From positions 842 to 64,841 of the forward strand of contig JAKAJS010000238.1 in the NCBI GenBank assembly GCA_021813685.1: a DNA stretch of 64,000 nt, read 5' to 3'. Positions 9,049 through 18,785 of the stretch are shown one piece after another (position 1 is the first letter of the stretch; every line of letters begins with the position of its first letter). The DNA is from Deltaproteobacteria bacterium (GTDB lineage Bacteria > Desulfobacterota > Syntrophobacteria > Syntrophobacterales > Syntrophobacteraceae). The notes under the pieces are model-generated. The model was not told the origin of the DNA. It made no database searches and worked only from the letters and a program-made list of their open reading frames with translations. Position numbers and translations under genes: made by a program.

Positions 9049-10185
9049 ATGTTGAAGAAGCTGATTTTTATCCTGGCGCTGATTGTCAGCCCCCTGGCGG
9101 CCGCACACGCCCAGGGCGTGGTCACGGTAGGCGTGCTGGCTCCTCTCAGCGGCTTTGCGGCTGCCGACGGACACAGCGCGCTTACCAGCATCAAACTTGC
9201 CGCAAAGGCCATCAACGCACACGGAGGGCTGTTGGGTAAGCAGGTGGAACTCAAAGTCTACGACGATCAGGCGGACCCCAAGCAGGCGGTCGGATTCGCC
9301 CGGCGTCTGGTGGAGCAGGATCATGTCAGCTTCGTAATCGGCGCCTCTTACAGCGGGGCGACTCTTGCCGCAGCGCCCATCCTGAACGAAGCTCACGTGC
9401 CCATGATAGTGGCTTACGCCGTAGCGCCCGATATCACCAAAGGACACCCCTATGTGTTCGGCGTGGGGCTCACGGGGCCGGTGGAAGGCCGGGTGGGGGC
9501 CTATCTGGCGCAAAAGCTGGGCGCCCGAAACATTGCGATGATCAACCTCAAAAACGACTTCGGCCAGGCCCTGGAGCAGGGGTTTACGAGCGAAGCCGCG
9601 AAGCTGCACCTGAAAGTCGTTTTCAGCGAGGACTATCCGCTGGGCAACCAGAATTTCACCCCGATGCTCGTGCGCCTCAAAGGCACGCACCCTCAGGCGA
9701 TCTATGCGAGCGGCTACTATTCGGATGCGGCCAATCTGGTGCGGCAGGCGAAGGCCCTTGGCATCCACGCAACCATTATCGGCCAGGACGGCTACGATTC
9801 GCCCAAGTTTATCGACCTGGCGGGCGGGGCTGCCGACGGGGTCTATATCACCACGCAGTTGAACCGGGACAGCAAGCGGGCCGACGTCGTGCAGTTTCTC
9901 AAAGACTACAAGGCTGCCGCCGGAGAACCGGCGGACATGGTGGGCGCCTCCGGCTATGCGGCCATGGAAGTGATGGCCTCGGCGGTCAAAAAGGCGGGTT
10001 CGCTCAAAGGCGATGCGGTGCGCAAGGCTCTTTCGGGCATGAAGAATGTCGATACGGTTGCCGGGCGCATCTATTCCTGGAACGCCAATGGAAACCCTGT
10101 CAAGACCGCGACGGTGCAGGTAGTCAAGAAGGGCGCTTTTCACCTGTATAAAGACGTTACGGACAGAAAGCTGCTCACGCCGTAA
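9049..10185 (+). CDS. livK: branched-chain amino acid-type ABC transporter substrate-binding protein
   Basis: Signal peptide, GVLAPLSG, INAHGGLLGKQVEL, DDQADP; first gene of liv-type operon. Confidence 0.9.
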   Translation: MLKKLIFILALIVSPLAAAHAQGVVTVGVLAPLSGFAAADGHSALTSIKLAAKAINAHGGLLGKQVELKVYDDQADPKQAVGFARRLVEQDHVSFVIGASYSGATLAAAPILNEAHVPMIVAYAVAPDITKGHPYVFGVGLTGPVEGRVGAYLAQKLGARNIAMINLKNDFGQALEQGFTSEAAKLHLKVVFSEDYPLGNQNFTPMLVRLKGTHPQAIYASGYYSDAANLVRQAKALGIHATIIGQDGYDSPKFIDLAGGAADGVYITTQLNRDSKRADVVQFLKDYKAAAGEPADMVGASGYAAMEVMASAVKKAGSLKGDAVRKALSGMKNVDTVAGRIYSWNANGNPVKTATVQVVKKGAFHLYKDVTDRKLLTP

Positions 10186-11051
10186 TGGACTGGTCCGTAT
10201 TCGGGTATCTGGCTCTCGAGGGTCTGGTCGTCGGCAGCATTTACGCGCTGATGGCGCTGGGGTTGACGCTGGTCTACGGGCTTTTGCGCGTTCTGCACGT
10301 GGCCCATGCCGGCGTCTATGCCGTGGGCGCCTACTGCGGGTGGCTCGCCTTCGTCCTGACCCACAGCCTGGTGCTGGCCCTCGTGGCGGGTGCTGCGGGG
10401 GCTGTGGTGCTGGGGGTGTTTCTGGATGTGTGGTTCTACCGGCCGCTTGCGGGAAAACCCCCGCTCATTCCCCTGATCGGCTCGATCGGCCTGTTTCTGG
10501 CTGCGGGGGATCTTTTGCGCATCGCCTTCGGGCCGTACCAGCACAGCTTCCCGGCGCTTAGCGACTCTCCCGTGGCGAGCCTGCACGGAGTTTCCATCAC
10601 CGCCTCTCAGGTCTTTACGCTTGCAGCCACCGGTGTGCTCCTTGTGGCCGTCTACCGGGTGAGCAGCCGCACGCGCCTGGGCCTTGCCTGGCGCGCCATC
10701 GCCCAGGACCGCGAGGTTGCTTCGTCCATGGGGATCGACATTCCCCGCCACACGGCCCTGGCGTTTGCGCTGGCCTCGGCCCTGGCGGGCATCGCGGGCG
10801 TCATCGTGGGCATCTACTACAACCAGATTGCCCCCACCATGGGAAGCGAGCCCGCCTACAAGACCCTTGCCATCGTCGTTTTGGGGGGGCTCGGAAACCT
10901 GTGGGGCACGGTTGCCGCCGGGTTGCTCCTGGGGGTGATCGAGTCGGTTTCCGCGGCCTATGCCGGAAATTATTTCCCGCCCGAGGCGGTAGCGTTCATA
11001 GCACTCATTCTCGTACTGCTCTTCCGCCCCCAGGGTCTTTTCGGGAGATAG
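10185..11051 (+). CDS. livH: ABC permease LivH
   Basis: GSIYALMALGLTLVYG, VVLGGLG, RPQGLFG. Confidence 0.92.
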   Translation: MDWSVFGYLALEGLVVGSIYALMALGLTLVYGLLRVLHVAHAGVYAVGAYCGWLAFVLTHSLVLALVAGAAGAVVLGVFLDVWFYRPLAGKPPLIPLIGSIGLFLAAGDLLRIAFGPYQHSFPALSDSPVASLHGVSITASQVFTLAATGVLLVAVYRVSSRTRLGLAWRAIAQDREVASSMGIDIPRHTALAFALASALAGIAGVIVGIYYNQIAPTMGSEPAYKTLAIVVLGGLGNLWGTVAAGLLLGVIESVSAAYAGNYFPPEAVAFIALILVLLFRPQGLFGR

Positions 11052-11052
11052 C

Positions 11053-11865
11053 GTGTATTACCTGACGCTTGCGACTCTTTTGCTCATCTACGCGACCCTG
11101 GCGCTCAGCCTCAATCTGATCACGGGGCTTGCCGGGCAGGTGACGCTCGGCCACGCGGCTTTTTTCGGCATCGGCGCCTATGTGCTGGCTTTTCTACTCG
11201 CCCATGGCGTGAACTTCTGGATCGCCTTGCCGAGTGCGGGCCTTGCCGCAGGCATTACGGGTCTTGCGCTGGGGGCCGTCAGCCTGCGGCTGCGCGAGGA
11301 TTTCCTCGCCATCGCCACCATAGGCATCAATTTCGTCGTGGTCGCACTCTTTCTCTACCTTCCCTTTTTCGGCGGCGCCTTCGGGATGAGCGGTATCGCC
11401 GGGCCCTTTCGCGAATCGGGAACGCTCCTCACCGCGGCAGCTCTTTTCGGCCTGGTCGTGTGGCTCCACGAAGCGGTGCGCGCTTCCGATCTGGGGCTTG
11501 CGCTGATCGCCTTGCGCGAGTCCGAAGAGGCGGCCGAAGCGCTGGGTGTTAACGTCAAACGCTTCAAGGTGACCGTGTTTTCGCTCGGCACCGCGGTCGC
11601 AGGACTCGCCGGCGGCCTCTACGCCGCCTATGTGGGCGTGATCCACCCCCATGACTTCGGGTTTCCTCTCTCGGTGACCCTCTTGGCGATGGTCGCCATC
11701 GGGGGCATGGGCACCCTGTGGGGGCCCATCCTGGGCGCGATAGTTCTGGGCGGGTTCGCCCAGGCCTTCGCCTTCATCCACAACTACGAACTGGTGCTGT
11801 TCGGTCTGCTCCTGGCACTCGTCATGCGCTACCGGCCCCAGGGGCTTTTGGGCAGGCGCCTATGA
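11053..11865 (+). CDS. livM: ABC permease LivM
   Basis: GQVTLGHAAFFGIGAY, FLAIAT, RPQGLLG. Confidence 0.92.
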   Translation: MYYLTLATLLLIYATLALSLNLITGLAGQVTLGHAAFFGIGAYVLAFLLAHGVNFWIALPSAGLAAGITGLALGAVSLRLREDFLAIATIGINFVVVALFLYLPFFGGAFGMSGIAGPFRESGTLLTAAALFGLVVWLHEAVRASDLGLALIALRESEEAAEALGVNVKRFKVTVFSLGTAVAGLAGGLYAAYVGVIHPHDFGFPLSVTLLAMVAIGGMGTLWGPILGAIVLGGFAQAFAFIHNYELVLFGLLLALVMRYRPQGLLGRRL

Positions 11866-12608
11866 GCGGTCTTCAGGTCGAAGGACTCACCAAAACTTTC
11901 GGAGGCCTGGTTGCCGTGGCCGGAGTCTCTCTTGTCGCCGAGCACGGCAGTGTGCTCGGGCTCTTTGGCCCCAACGGCGCCGGCAAGACCACTCTTTTCA
12001 ATCTCATCTCCGGCGCGCTGCGGCCGGACGGCGGGCGGGTTTTGCTCGACGGGTCCGACATCACGCACCTGCCTGCCCATAAGCGCGCACAGCGCGGACT
12101 CGCCCGCACTTTCCAGATCGTAAAACCCCTGAACGAGCTGAGTGTCATGGAAAACATCATGGTGCCGCTCGCCCGCGAGAGTTTGCGCAGGCTGCTGCCC
12201 CTCGGGCGCTATCGGACCCGCGCGCGCGAAGAGCAGGCGAGGGTTCTTCTGGAACGGGTCGGATTGCAGACCCATGCCCTTTCCCCCGCCGGTGCCCTGC
12301 CTCTGGGCATGAAAAAGAGGCTCGAGGTGGCGCGGGCGCTGGCGCTAAAACCCGAAGTGCTCCTTCTCGACGAACCCCTCGCGGGCCTATCGCTCAAGGA
12401 CGCCCAGCTGGTGCTCGAGGTGGTGAGCGCCGCCCGGGAGGAGGCGGCGGTCGTTTTGATCGAACACAACGTGCGGCTGGCCATGGCCGCCTGCGACCAT
12501 GCCGTCGTCATGGAGGCGGGTGCCGTCATCGCCTCCGGGGCGCCGGAGGCGGTAAAGCGTGATCAAAGAGTCATTGAGGCCTATCTGGGGGAAAGCTTCC
12601 ATGCTTGA
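11862..12608 (+). CDS. livG: ABC ATPase LivG
   Basis: FGGLVAV, GPNGAGKTT, LLLDEP; ATG overlaps livM stop. Confidence 0.92.
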   Translation: MSGLQVEGLTKTFGGLVAVAGVSLVAEHGSVLGLFGPNGAGKTTLFNLISGALRPDGGRVLLDGSDITHLPAHKRAQRGLARTFQIVKPLNELSVMENIMVPLARESLRRLLPLGRYRTRAREEQARVLLERVGLQTHALSPAGALPLGMKKRLEVARALALKPEVLLLDEPLAGLSLKDAQLVLEVVSAAREEAAVVLIEHNVRLAMAACDHAVVMEAGAVIASGAPEAVKRDQRVIEAYLGESFHA

Positions 12609-13296
12609 AATACGAGGGCTTACGGTGCGCTACGGCCAGGCCGTGGCCGTAACGGACGTGTCGCTGGAAGTAAACAAAGGCGAGTGGGTGGCGCTCATCG
12701 GCCCGAATGGTGCGGGCAAAACCAGCACCATCAAGGCCGTCCTGGGTCTGGTCTCGCACGAGGGACACATCGTGCTGGAAGGCGAAGTGCTCGACGGCCT
12801 GCCGGCCTGGGCGCGTCAGAGCCGAGGTCTGGGCTATGTGCCCGAAGGCCGCAGACTCTTTGCAGAGATGAGCGTGGAAGAAAACCTGCGTGTGGGTGCT
12901 TACCGAGTCCCGGAACGGCGCGTGCGGGAAAACCTCTCAAGAATCTACGAGATGTTTCCTGTGGTCGGGGAAAAACGGCGCCGGCCGGCCAAAAACCTTT
13001 CCGGAGGCGAACAGCAACTGGTGGCGCTCGGCCGGGCGCTCATGAGCGATCCGCGCTATCTGCTCGTAGACGAAGCATCCCTTGGCCTCATGCCTTTAAA
13101 CGTCGAAGCCGTGTTCCAGGCGCTCGCGGCGATCCACCGCCAGGGCAGCGCCATCCTGCTCGTCGAACAAAACGCGCACAAAGCCCTCGAACACGCCGAG
13201 CGCGCCTGCGTGCTCGAAGTCGGCCGCCTCCAGTTCTCAGGAAGTTCCGAAGAAATCCGAAACGACCCCCGCGTAATCGAAAGCTATCTTGGTTAG
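12601..13296 (+). CDS. livF: ABC ATPase LivF
   Basis: GPNGAGKTS, VPEGRRLF, LSGGEQQ, LLVEQN. Confidence 0.92.
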   Translation: MLEIRGLTVRYGQAVAVTDVSLEVNKGEWVALIGPNGAGKTSTIKAVLGLVSHEGHIVLEGEVLDGLPAWARQSRGLGYVPEGRRLFAEMSVEENLRVGAYRVPERRVRENLSRIYEMFPVVGEKRRRPAKNLSGGEQQLVALGRALMSDPRYLLVDEASLGLMPLNVEAVFQALAAIHRQGSAILLVEQNAHKALEHAERACVLEVGRLQFSGSSEEIRNDPRVIESYLG

Positions 13297-13323
13297 TTTG
13301 AAAAGCGGAAAAACTTTAAGAGC

Positions 13324-13368
13324 GCGGGGGCTTGCGCCCCCTGCACCCCCACGCCGCTACGCGGCTCA
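13324..13368 (+). repeat. twin-hairpin REP-like element, copy 2 (between convergent livF and degP)
   Basis: GCGGGGGCTTGCGCCCCCTGCACCCCCACGCCGCTACGCGGCTCA. Confidence 0.85.
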
Positions 13369-13426
13369 GATTTGAAAAAATGCACCCTCTCTTAAGTTGG
13401 CACCCTTGGGCCGCATTTCCCTCGGT

Positions 13427-14869
13427 CTACTTTCCGGACCTCTGCATGGCCACAAAGAAAGTATTGGCGCCCCTCCGGACTAGCAGAAGCAGGGGTTGAC
13501 CCTTTTTCATTTTTTGTGTGGCCAGTTCCCAGTCTTTTATATTTTTGACCGTCCTATGGTTTGCCTGCTCGATCACGTCTCCCGTGCGGAGCATGCCCTC
13601 CGATGCCGGACTGCCTTCCGCAATCGAGGTGATGACCACTCCGGTTTCCCCCGCGCTCAGGCCGAACTTCTGTCTGGTCTCGGGGGTAAGATTTTGAACC
13701 GTTACGCCCCAGGCGCTTTTTGTTTCAGGGGCCAAAGCCTCCGTCTGCCCAAGTTTTGCCGGCATGGTCCCCAGGGTTACTTCGACAGTGGACGGTTTGC
13801 CGTTGCGGATAATCGCAAGGCTCACCTTTGTTCCGGGCTTCATATAAGCAACGGTGCGCGAAAGCTCTCCGGCGTTCAACACCTGCTTGCCGTTAAGCTT
13901 CTGGATGATATCGCCTCTTTTGATGCCGGCTTTTTCCCCGGGTCCCTTGGAAACAACGTCGGCTACGATGACCCCCTTGGTTTCCGTAATGCCGAAAGAC
14001 CGTGCGAGCGTCGGGGTGATGTTTTGGATCATGACTCCGATCCATGCCCTGATGACCTTGCCGGTCTTCAATTGAGGCAGAAGTTCCTTGGCCATATTGA
14101 TCGGTATGGCAAAGCCGATCCCAAACCCCTTGGCAATGATGGCGGTATTGATACCGATCACTTCGCCCTGCATATTGAAAAGTGGCCCGCCACTGTTGCC
14201 CGGGTTGATCGCCGCATCGGTCTGTAGGAAATCGTCATAGGGGCCTTCGCCAATGACGCGACCTTTTGCGCTGATTATGCCCGCAGTGACGGTGTGGCTA
14301 AGCCCGAAAGGATTCCCGACGGCTATGACCCAGTCACCGACACGCATCTTGGCCGAATCTCCAAGCTTTACCGGAGCAGGCAGTTGTCCGTTCGGTTTTA
14401 TCTTGAGCAGAGCGAGATCGGTCTTTGGGTCTCGCCCGACGATTTTGGCCTTGTACACGTTGCCATTTATGGTTTTGACTATGATTTTTGTGGCATGATC
14501 GACCACATGGTTGTTGGTGAGAATGAGCCCGCTGCGGCTGATCAGAAAACCGGACCCGAGGGCATGGGTTTCCACCTGCCCTTGCGGGATTTTGCCGAAG
14601 AAATTTTTGAACTGGTTGCCGAAAAACTGGCCAAAGGGCGAGTTGAAGCCTTGGAATTGTTGTATGGACTTTTCTTTGATCTTTTCGGTGGTGGAGATGT
14701 TTACTACCGAGCCTTTGACCTTCTGGACCAGCTTTGAAAACGATACGGGTGGCCCCATGGCTTCCGCACTTTTCGCGTACTGACCGCAAAGAAGAGACAT
14801 GGACCAGAACATGACTGCAAAGCAGGCGATTCTTACGATGGTTGGGGAGTCTATTTTACGACTTGTCAT
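13427..14869 (-). CDS. degP: Do/DegP family periplasmic serine endoprotease with two PDZ domains
   Basis: TNNHV, DLALL, QTDAAINPGNSGGPL, two PDZ domains. Confidence 0.95.
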   Translation of the reverse strand: MTSRKIDSPTIVRIACFAVMFWSMSLLCGQYAKSAEAMGPPVSFSKLVQKVKGSVVNISTTEKIKEKSIQQFQGFNSPFGQFFGNQFKNFFGKIPQGQVETHALGSGFLISRSGLILTNNHVVDHATKIIVKTINGNVYKAKIVGRDPKTDLALLKIKPNGQLPAPVKLGDSAKMRVGDWVIAVGNPFGLSHTVTAGIISAKGRVIGEGPYDDFLQTDAAINPGNSGGPLFNMQGEVIGINTAIIAKGFGIGFAIPINMAKELLPQLKTGKVIRAWIGVMIQNITPTLARSFGITETKGVIVADVVSKGPGEKAGIKRGDIIQKLNGKQVLNAGELSRTVAYMKPGTKVSLAIIRNGKPSTVEVTLGTMPAKLGQTEALAPETKSAWGVTVQNLTPETRQKFGLSAGETGVVITSIAEGSPASEGMLRTGDVIEQANHRTVKNIKDWELATQKMKKGQPLLLLVRRGANTFFVAMQRSGK

Positions 14870-14986
14870 TTTGGTTCCTTTCTGAGAGTCACCGGGCTGG
14901 TTTTCGCCCTCAACAGGCCTTCCGCGATAGAGCCGGATACAGGATATTCCAGTTCCACGCCGGCCGGCGCTTTTGACCCGGCATGC

Positions 14987-16150
14987 TTAGATCAGGTTTC
15001 TCAGGCACGGCTGCAGGTCCGTATTCCTCAACTTGCTCAACGCCTCATTTTGGATTTGTCGTATCCGTTCTTTCGAAAGCTTCAATTTCTTGCCGATCAT
15101 TTCAAGCGTTTCGACCGGGCCCCCGTCGAAGCCGAACCTCATTCGCAGGATTTTTTCCTCTCGCGGTTTGAGGGTGGAAAGGAGTTTGTGCATTATTTCA
15201 ACCAGTTCCCTGCTGTAGTATTCCTCCACGGGAGAAAGCGCATCCTCATCCTCCAGGGTCTCCTCCAGCCTGACTTCCGTTTCCCTGATGCGCGTTTCCA
15301 ACGATATGGGTTGAGCGGCAAGCATGAGAACCCTTTGCACCTCTTTTACCGGCACCTCGGCCCTCTCGGCTGTCTCCGCCGGAGTCGGCTCTCGACCAAA
15401 TTCCTTGAACAGTTCGTAGTAGCTTTTGAAGATACAATTTTTCAGCTCGATAAACCGGAGAGGCAGTCGAATCAGCCTGGCTTTGTCGTATATGCCCCGG
15501 ATGATACTTTGCCGTATCCACCAGGCGGCATACGTCGTGAACCGGTTGCCCCTGTTGTGGTCGAATCGCACTACGGCCCTGATGAGTCCGATATTGCCTT
15601 CCTGAACAAGATCGTCGAAGGTCATTCCGCGGCCCCTGTAAAGTCTTGCAATACAGAGAACCAGGCGAAGATTCCCTTGAATCAGCTCGTTTCGCGCCGA
15701 ATCAACTGCGTTCATGATCTCTCTGGTCCGTTCGAGGGATTGGCGGAAGAAAGGATTCTCCGGCTGTTCCCGAGTTGCACGCTCCAGAGTGCGCAGGATT
15801 ATCCTGGGCGCCTTTTCCCTCACCCCGGGAAATGCGTTCTCCAGCTTCAGAAGCTCTCGAACTTTTTGGCTCAGATCGGCAAAAACCTTGTTCCGTCCGG
15901 CATGTTTCTCAACGATACCAACCAATTCATTCCGGCCGTTTTCAATCGACTTTGCCAGTTCCAATTCCCGTTGCATCGTCATGCGCGGGGACTGTGAGAT
16001 CTGCCTGATATAAAACGCGGCTGTGTCCCGTTCAGACGTAATCTCCGACGGGACTGCTCCTCTCTGCCGCGAAAGCTTCAGAGAATCCATTTCGTCTCGT
16101 TGCTCTAAATCCAAATCTATCGTTTGCTTATCGAAGGTATGGGGCTTCAT
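14987..16150 (-). CDS. RpoD/RpoS-like sigma-70 factor (regions 1.2, 2, 3, 4)
   Basis: NLRLV, DLVQEGNIGLIRAV, FTTYAAWWIRQSI, SKERIRQIQ; start uncertain (16150 vs 16273). Confidence 0.92.
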   Translation of the reverse strand: MKPHTFDKQTIDLDLEQRDEMDSLKLSRQRGAVPSEITSERDTAAFYIRQISQSPRMTMQRELELAKSIENGRNELVGIVEKHAGRNKVFADLSQKVRELLKLENAFPGVREKAPRIILRTLERATREQPENPFFRQSLERTREIMNAVDSARNELIQGNLRLVLCIARLYRGRGMTFDDLVQEGNIGLIRAVVRFDHNRGNRFTTYAAWWIRQSIIRGIYDKARLIRLPLRFIELKNCIFKSYYELFKEFGREPTPAETAERAEVPVKEVQRVLMLAAQPISLETRIRETEVRLEETLEDEDALSPVEEYYSRELVEIMHKLLSTLKPREEKILRMRFGFDGGPVETLEMIGKKLKLSKERIRQIQNEALSKLRNTDLQPCLRNLI

Positions 16151-16281
16151 TTTTCCGTTCCACTCCAAACGGCCGCAAGGGCACCTGGCCGCCCATTGGC
16201 GGCGAAGTTCGTGAAAAGGCCGGAAGCAAAAATCAGCCGTTTGACTGAGAATGCCTCTCGCCCATTTGCACAATCATCTGT

Positions 16282-16611
16282 TTACAATGGATAGAGTGGA
16301 GGTGGGCCACGTTCGGACAGGTCGGATCGGGGATTAAACGCAGGCAGGGGCTCCGACACAAGCGGTATGCGCATGCGTTGCCAAATAGTGAAAACGATGC
16401 TGAACCGGCTCGTGCCCGATGTATCGAATACATCCGGCAGTTCGTCGCCGAATTTTAGCGTCTTTTGATCTTCTAAAGCCGTTAAAGCTCTGCTGTGAAT
16501 GGAAACGCCGGAGTTGGGACGCCAAATCCTGATGTGTAGAGAGACGATTATGATGCACAGCAATATCGTCGCCAGGGCGAACCTGGATCGCAGAGCCTTT
16601 TGCAGTTGCAT
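16282..16611 (-). CDS. small membrane-anchored protein ending in an RGPP motif (candidate arrest/leader peptide)
   Basis: N-terminal basic + hydrophobic segment FALATILLCIIIVSL; C-terminus ...SERGPPPLYPL; AGGAAG upstream of ATG. Confidence 0.55.
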   Translation of the reverse strand: MQLQKALRSRFALATILLCIIIVSLHIRIWRPNSGVSIHSRALTALEDQKTLKFGDELPDVFDTSGTSRFSIVFTIWQRMRIPLVSEPLPAFNPRSDLSERGPPPLYPL

Positions 16612-16963
16612 TTTCCGCTTCCTGTGCTCCTCATCTGCGCTGTGATCTGGCCGGCGCAATTTCAAGATTGAAAAAGCATAGCACCCCTCAGGCAATCATG
16701 CAAACGATCTTTCAGAACCGCTCCACAGTCGGCTTTTTGGTTGAAAAAACCGCCCGTTGAGCCTTGTCGAGGAGTCTTGGTTTTGGCCATCATAATAAGC
16801 AAAATTTATAGGTAATAAAGAGGAGTAATGAAAGGGTGTAAATCATGGAAAGATCTTCATTGCCGTGGTTTGCAGGAGGAATCAGGTTGTTTTTAGCTTT
16901 TTGAGTTGTTATGCTCATACAAGCGTATATGTTTCCACATCGACCTATGGAAGGAGGCTTTGG

Positions 16964-17194
16964 ATGCGTGTAACCGTTCATATCCCGGATGACCTGGGAC
17001 CGAAATTGAAACTGGCTGCTAACAATGAAGGACTGTCCATTTCAGCTTTCACCGCCAAGGCACTGGAAAGCTACCTTGCACTAAGGAGAAAGAAAGCGGC
17101 GGGCAGCAGGCTCCTCGGCCTGATTCGCAGCGATTCCGTAACAACCGACGCGTGGGAGGAATTGGAGAGAGGTAGAATTGATGATCGGACTTGA
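16964..17194 (+). CDS. RHH/CopG-type antitoxin (VapB-like)
   Basis: MRVTVHIPDDL...GLSISAF; AAGGAGG RBS; overlaps PIN gene. Confidence 0.85.
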   Translation: MRVTVHIPDDLGPKLKLAANNEGLSISAFTAKALESYLALRRKKAAGSRLLGLIRSDSVTTDAWEELERGRIDDRT

Positions 17195-17573
17195 CACCGG
17201 GTTCTTCCTCGAGCTTTTAAACGGCAATACCGAAGCGATAATTCTCTGGGAGTCCTGCATCGACGATCGGGTGGATTTTGCTGTCTCCGCCCTGAGTCTT
17301 TTTGAAGTCGAACGCCTCGGCCTAAAGGGAAAATTGAAGAATTTCGAAGCCGTTTTGGATGCGATAAATGATGTCACGTTCGTAGTGTGGCTGGACCAGG
17401 AGATATTGAGCAAGGCCGCCCGATTGGCTCATGGATCGGGGATTCCCGCCGTTGATTCGTTAATCTTGGCCTCTTTGATATCTGCTGACTGCTGTGATAT
17501 TTATACGACGGATTCCCATTTCGAGGCTTATCATAATAATAAAGTCACCGTCAGGAATTTGCGGAAAGCCTGA
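17181..17573 (+). CDS. vapC: PIN-domain VapC toxin
   Basis: GLDTG, SALSLFE, DSLILA, TTDSHF acidic PIN signature. Confidence 0.9.
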   Translation: MIGLDTGFFLELLNGNTEAIILWESCIDDRVDFAVSALSLFEVERLGLKGKLKNFEAVLDAINDVTFVVWLDQEILSKAARLAHGSGIPAVDSLILASLISADCCDIYTTDSHFEAYHNNKVTVRNLRKA

Positions 17574-17874
17574 CGAACGGAGAGCCAATTGAGTCGGGCA
17601 TAATCTCGCGTTCACATTGCCCGGGATTTTGCCACCCTGCAACCAATTTGCGGAGTAGATGTTACTGCGTTTTGAACGCGGTGCTATTGGCCCTATTTTT
17701 GGAGAAGTGAGCCTCGGCAGCGCGTTGCAGTCAAATATCCGAGTCTCGATTTATCTGCCAGCCCGCTCCCGGGTGGTCTCGATCGCCTCCTATCCTTCAT
17801 GGAGGGCAACAGGCGAGCGCCGCCCGTCGAGCCTCCAGATTCATACCGATTTTCATCACGATTGACAGTCGGGA

Positions 17875-18165
17875 TCATCTGTTCTTCCAATAGTCGGGCC
17901 TTCTGCTAAGGTGGGCGACTGCAACGATTTGAATCTTTACTGAGTCATGCCGGTAGACAAGAGAAAAAGGAAATCGTCTTAAGAAAAAGCGTCTCGTCCC
18001 GTGTCTGAACGGCGGCCACAAATCAGGGTTTTTTCTGATGGAATTGACAGCCATTCGAATTGCGTCAATGAAAGCCATTCCCAATCCGGGTGATTTGTCT
18101 TCGTACCAGGAACGGGCTTCCTCGGTCTCGCGGTATGCTTCCGGATGGAATTCAACCCGCCTCAC
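17875..18165 (-). CDS. RelE/ParE family toxin
   Basis: FHPEA...WYE...PGLG...RRFPFSLVY...AVAHLSRRPDYW. Confidence 0.9.
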   Translation of the reverse strand: MRRVEFHPEAYRETEEARSWYEDKSPGLGMAFIDAIRMAVNSIRKNPDLWPPFRHGTRRFFLRRFPFSLVYRHDSVKIQIVAVAHLSRRPDYWKNR

Positions 18166-18391
18166 TGGAGTTTCTCATGAGTCGTTCTTGTACCTCCTCC
18201 CAAGAGATACACGCAACCTTTCCGCCGTCGAGTTCCGAAATCCGCTTTTCGACTTCAGTCTGCCATGCGAATTCCACGTCAATATCAATTTGGCGGTCCA
18301 AACTTTCCAAGAGCCGCTGTGCTATCTCAGCTCGTTCTCTCGCAGGCATTTTTAACGCCAGTTCCAGTATCTTGCGTGCTTCCTCAACCAT
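18152..18391 (-). CDS. addiction module antitoxin (TIGR02574-like)
   Basis: ALKMPARERAEIAQRLLESLD...AW..E..KRI...ISWEEV; AAGGAG RBS; overlaps toxin start. Confidence 0.88.
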   Translation of the reverse strand: MVEEARKILELALKMPARERAEIAQRLLESLDRQIDIDVEFAWQTEVEKRISELDGGKVACISWEEVQERLMRNSSEAG

Positions 18392-18722
18392 TGATATCTC
18401 CTTTCGCGCCATAAGATGGGCGACGAAATCGCAACGTGTCCAGAGGGTTACAATCCCATCGGCGCAGCTCTCTTTTCCACCTTAACCAACATCAGATTTT
18501 TTTGCAAATGTGAACGTCACTGGGCGGCTTTGGATATGGCAGCCATCGCCTCGCTGTCGGCCAAGTCAGGTTCCATTCCTGCCAGTGTTCCGCCCCGAAT
18601 ACATGTTCCCCAAGATAATCTCTGAAATAGGCAGCGGGTATGTCAATTGTCTATACAGATCGGTGCGCACCGTCCTGCATGCGGGATGGCGGCGGGCCCG
18701 GGCAGTCGCCGAAAGCGCAAAA

Positions 18723-18767
18723 TGAGCCGCGTAGCGGCGTGGGGGTGCAGGGGGCGATAGCCCCCGC
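18723..18767 (-). repeat. twin-hairpin REP-like element, copy 3 (just downstream of hutI)
   Basis: Reverse complement matches copies 1 and 2. Confidence 0.85.
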
Positions 18768-18785
18768 GCTTTTCAACGGCAGTGA

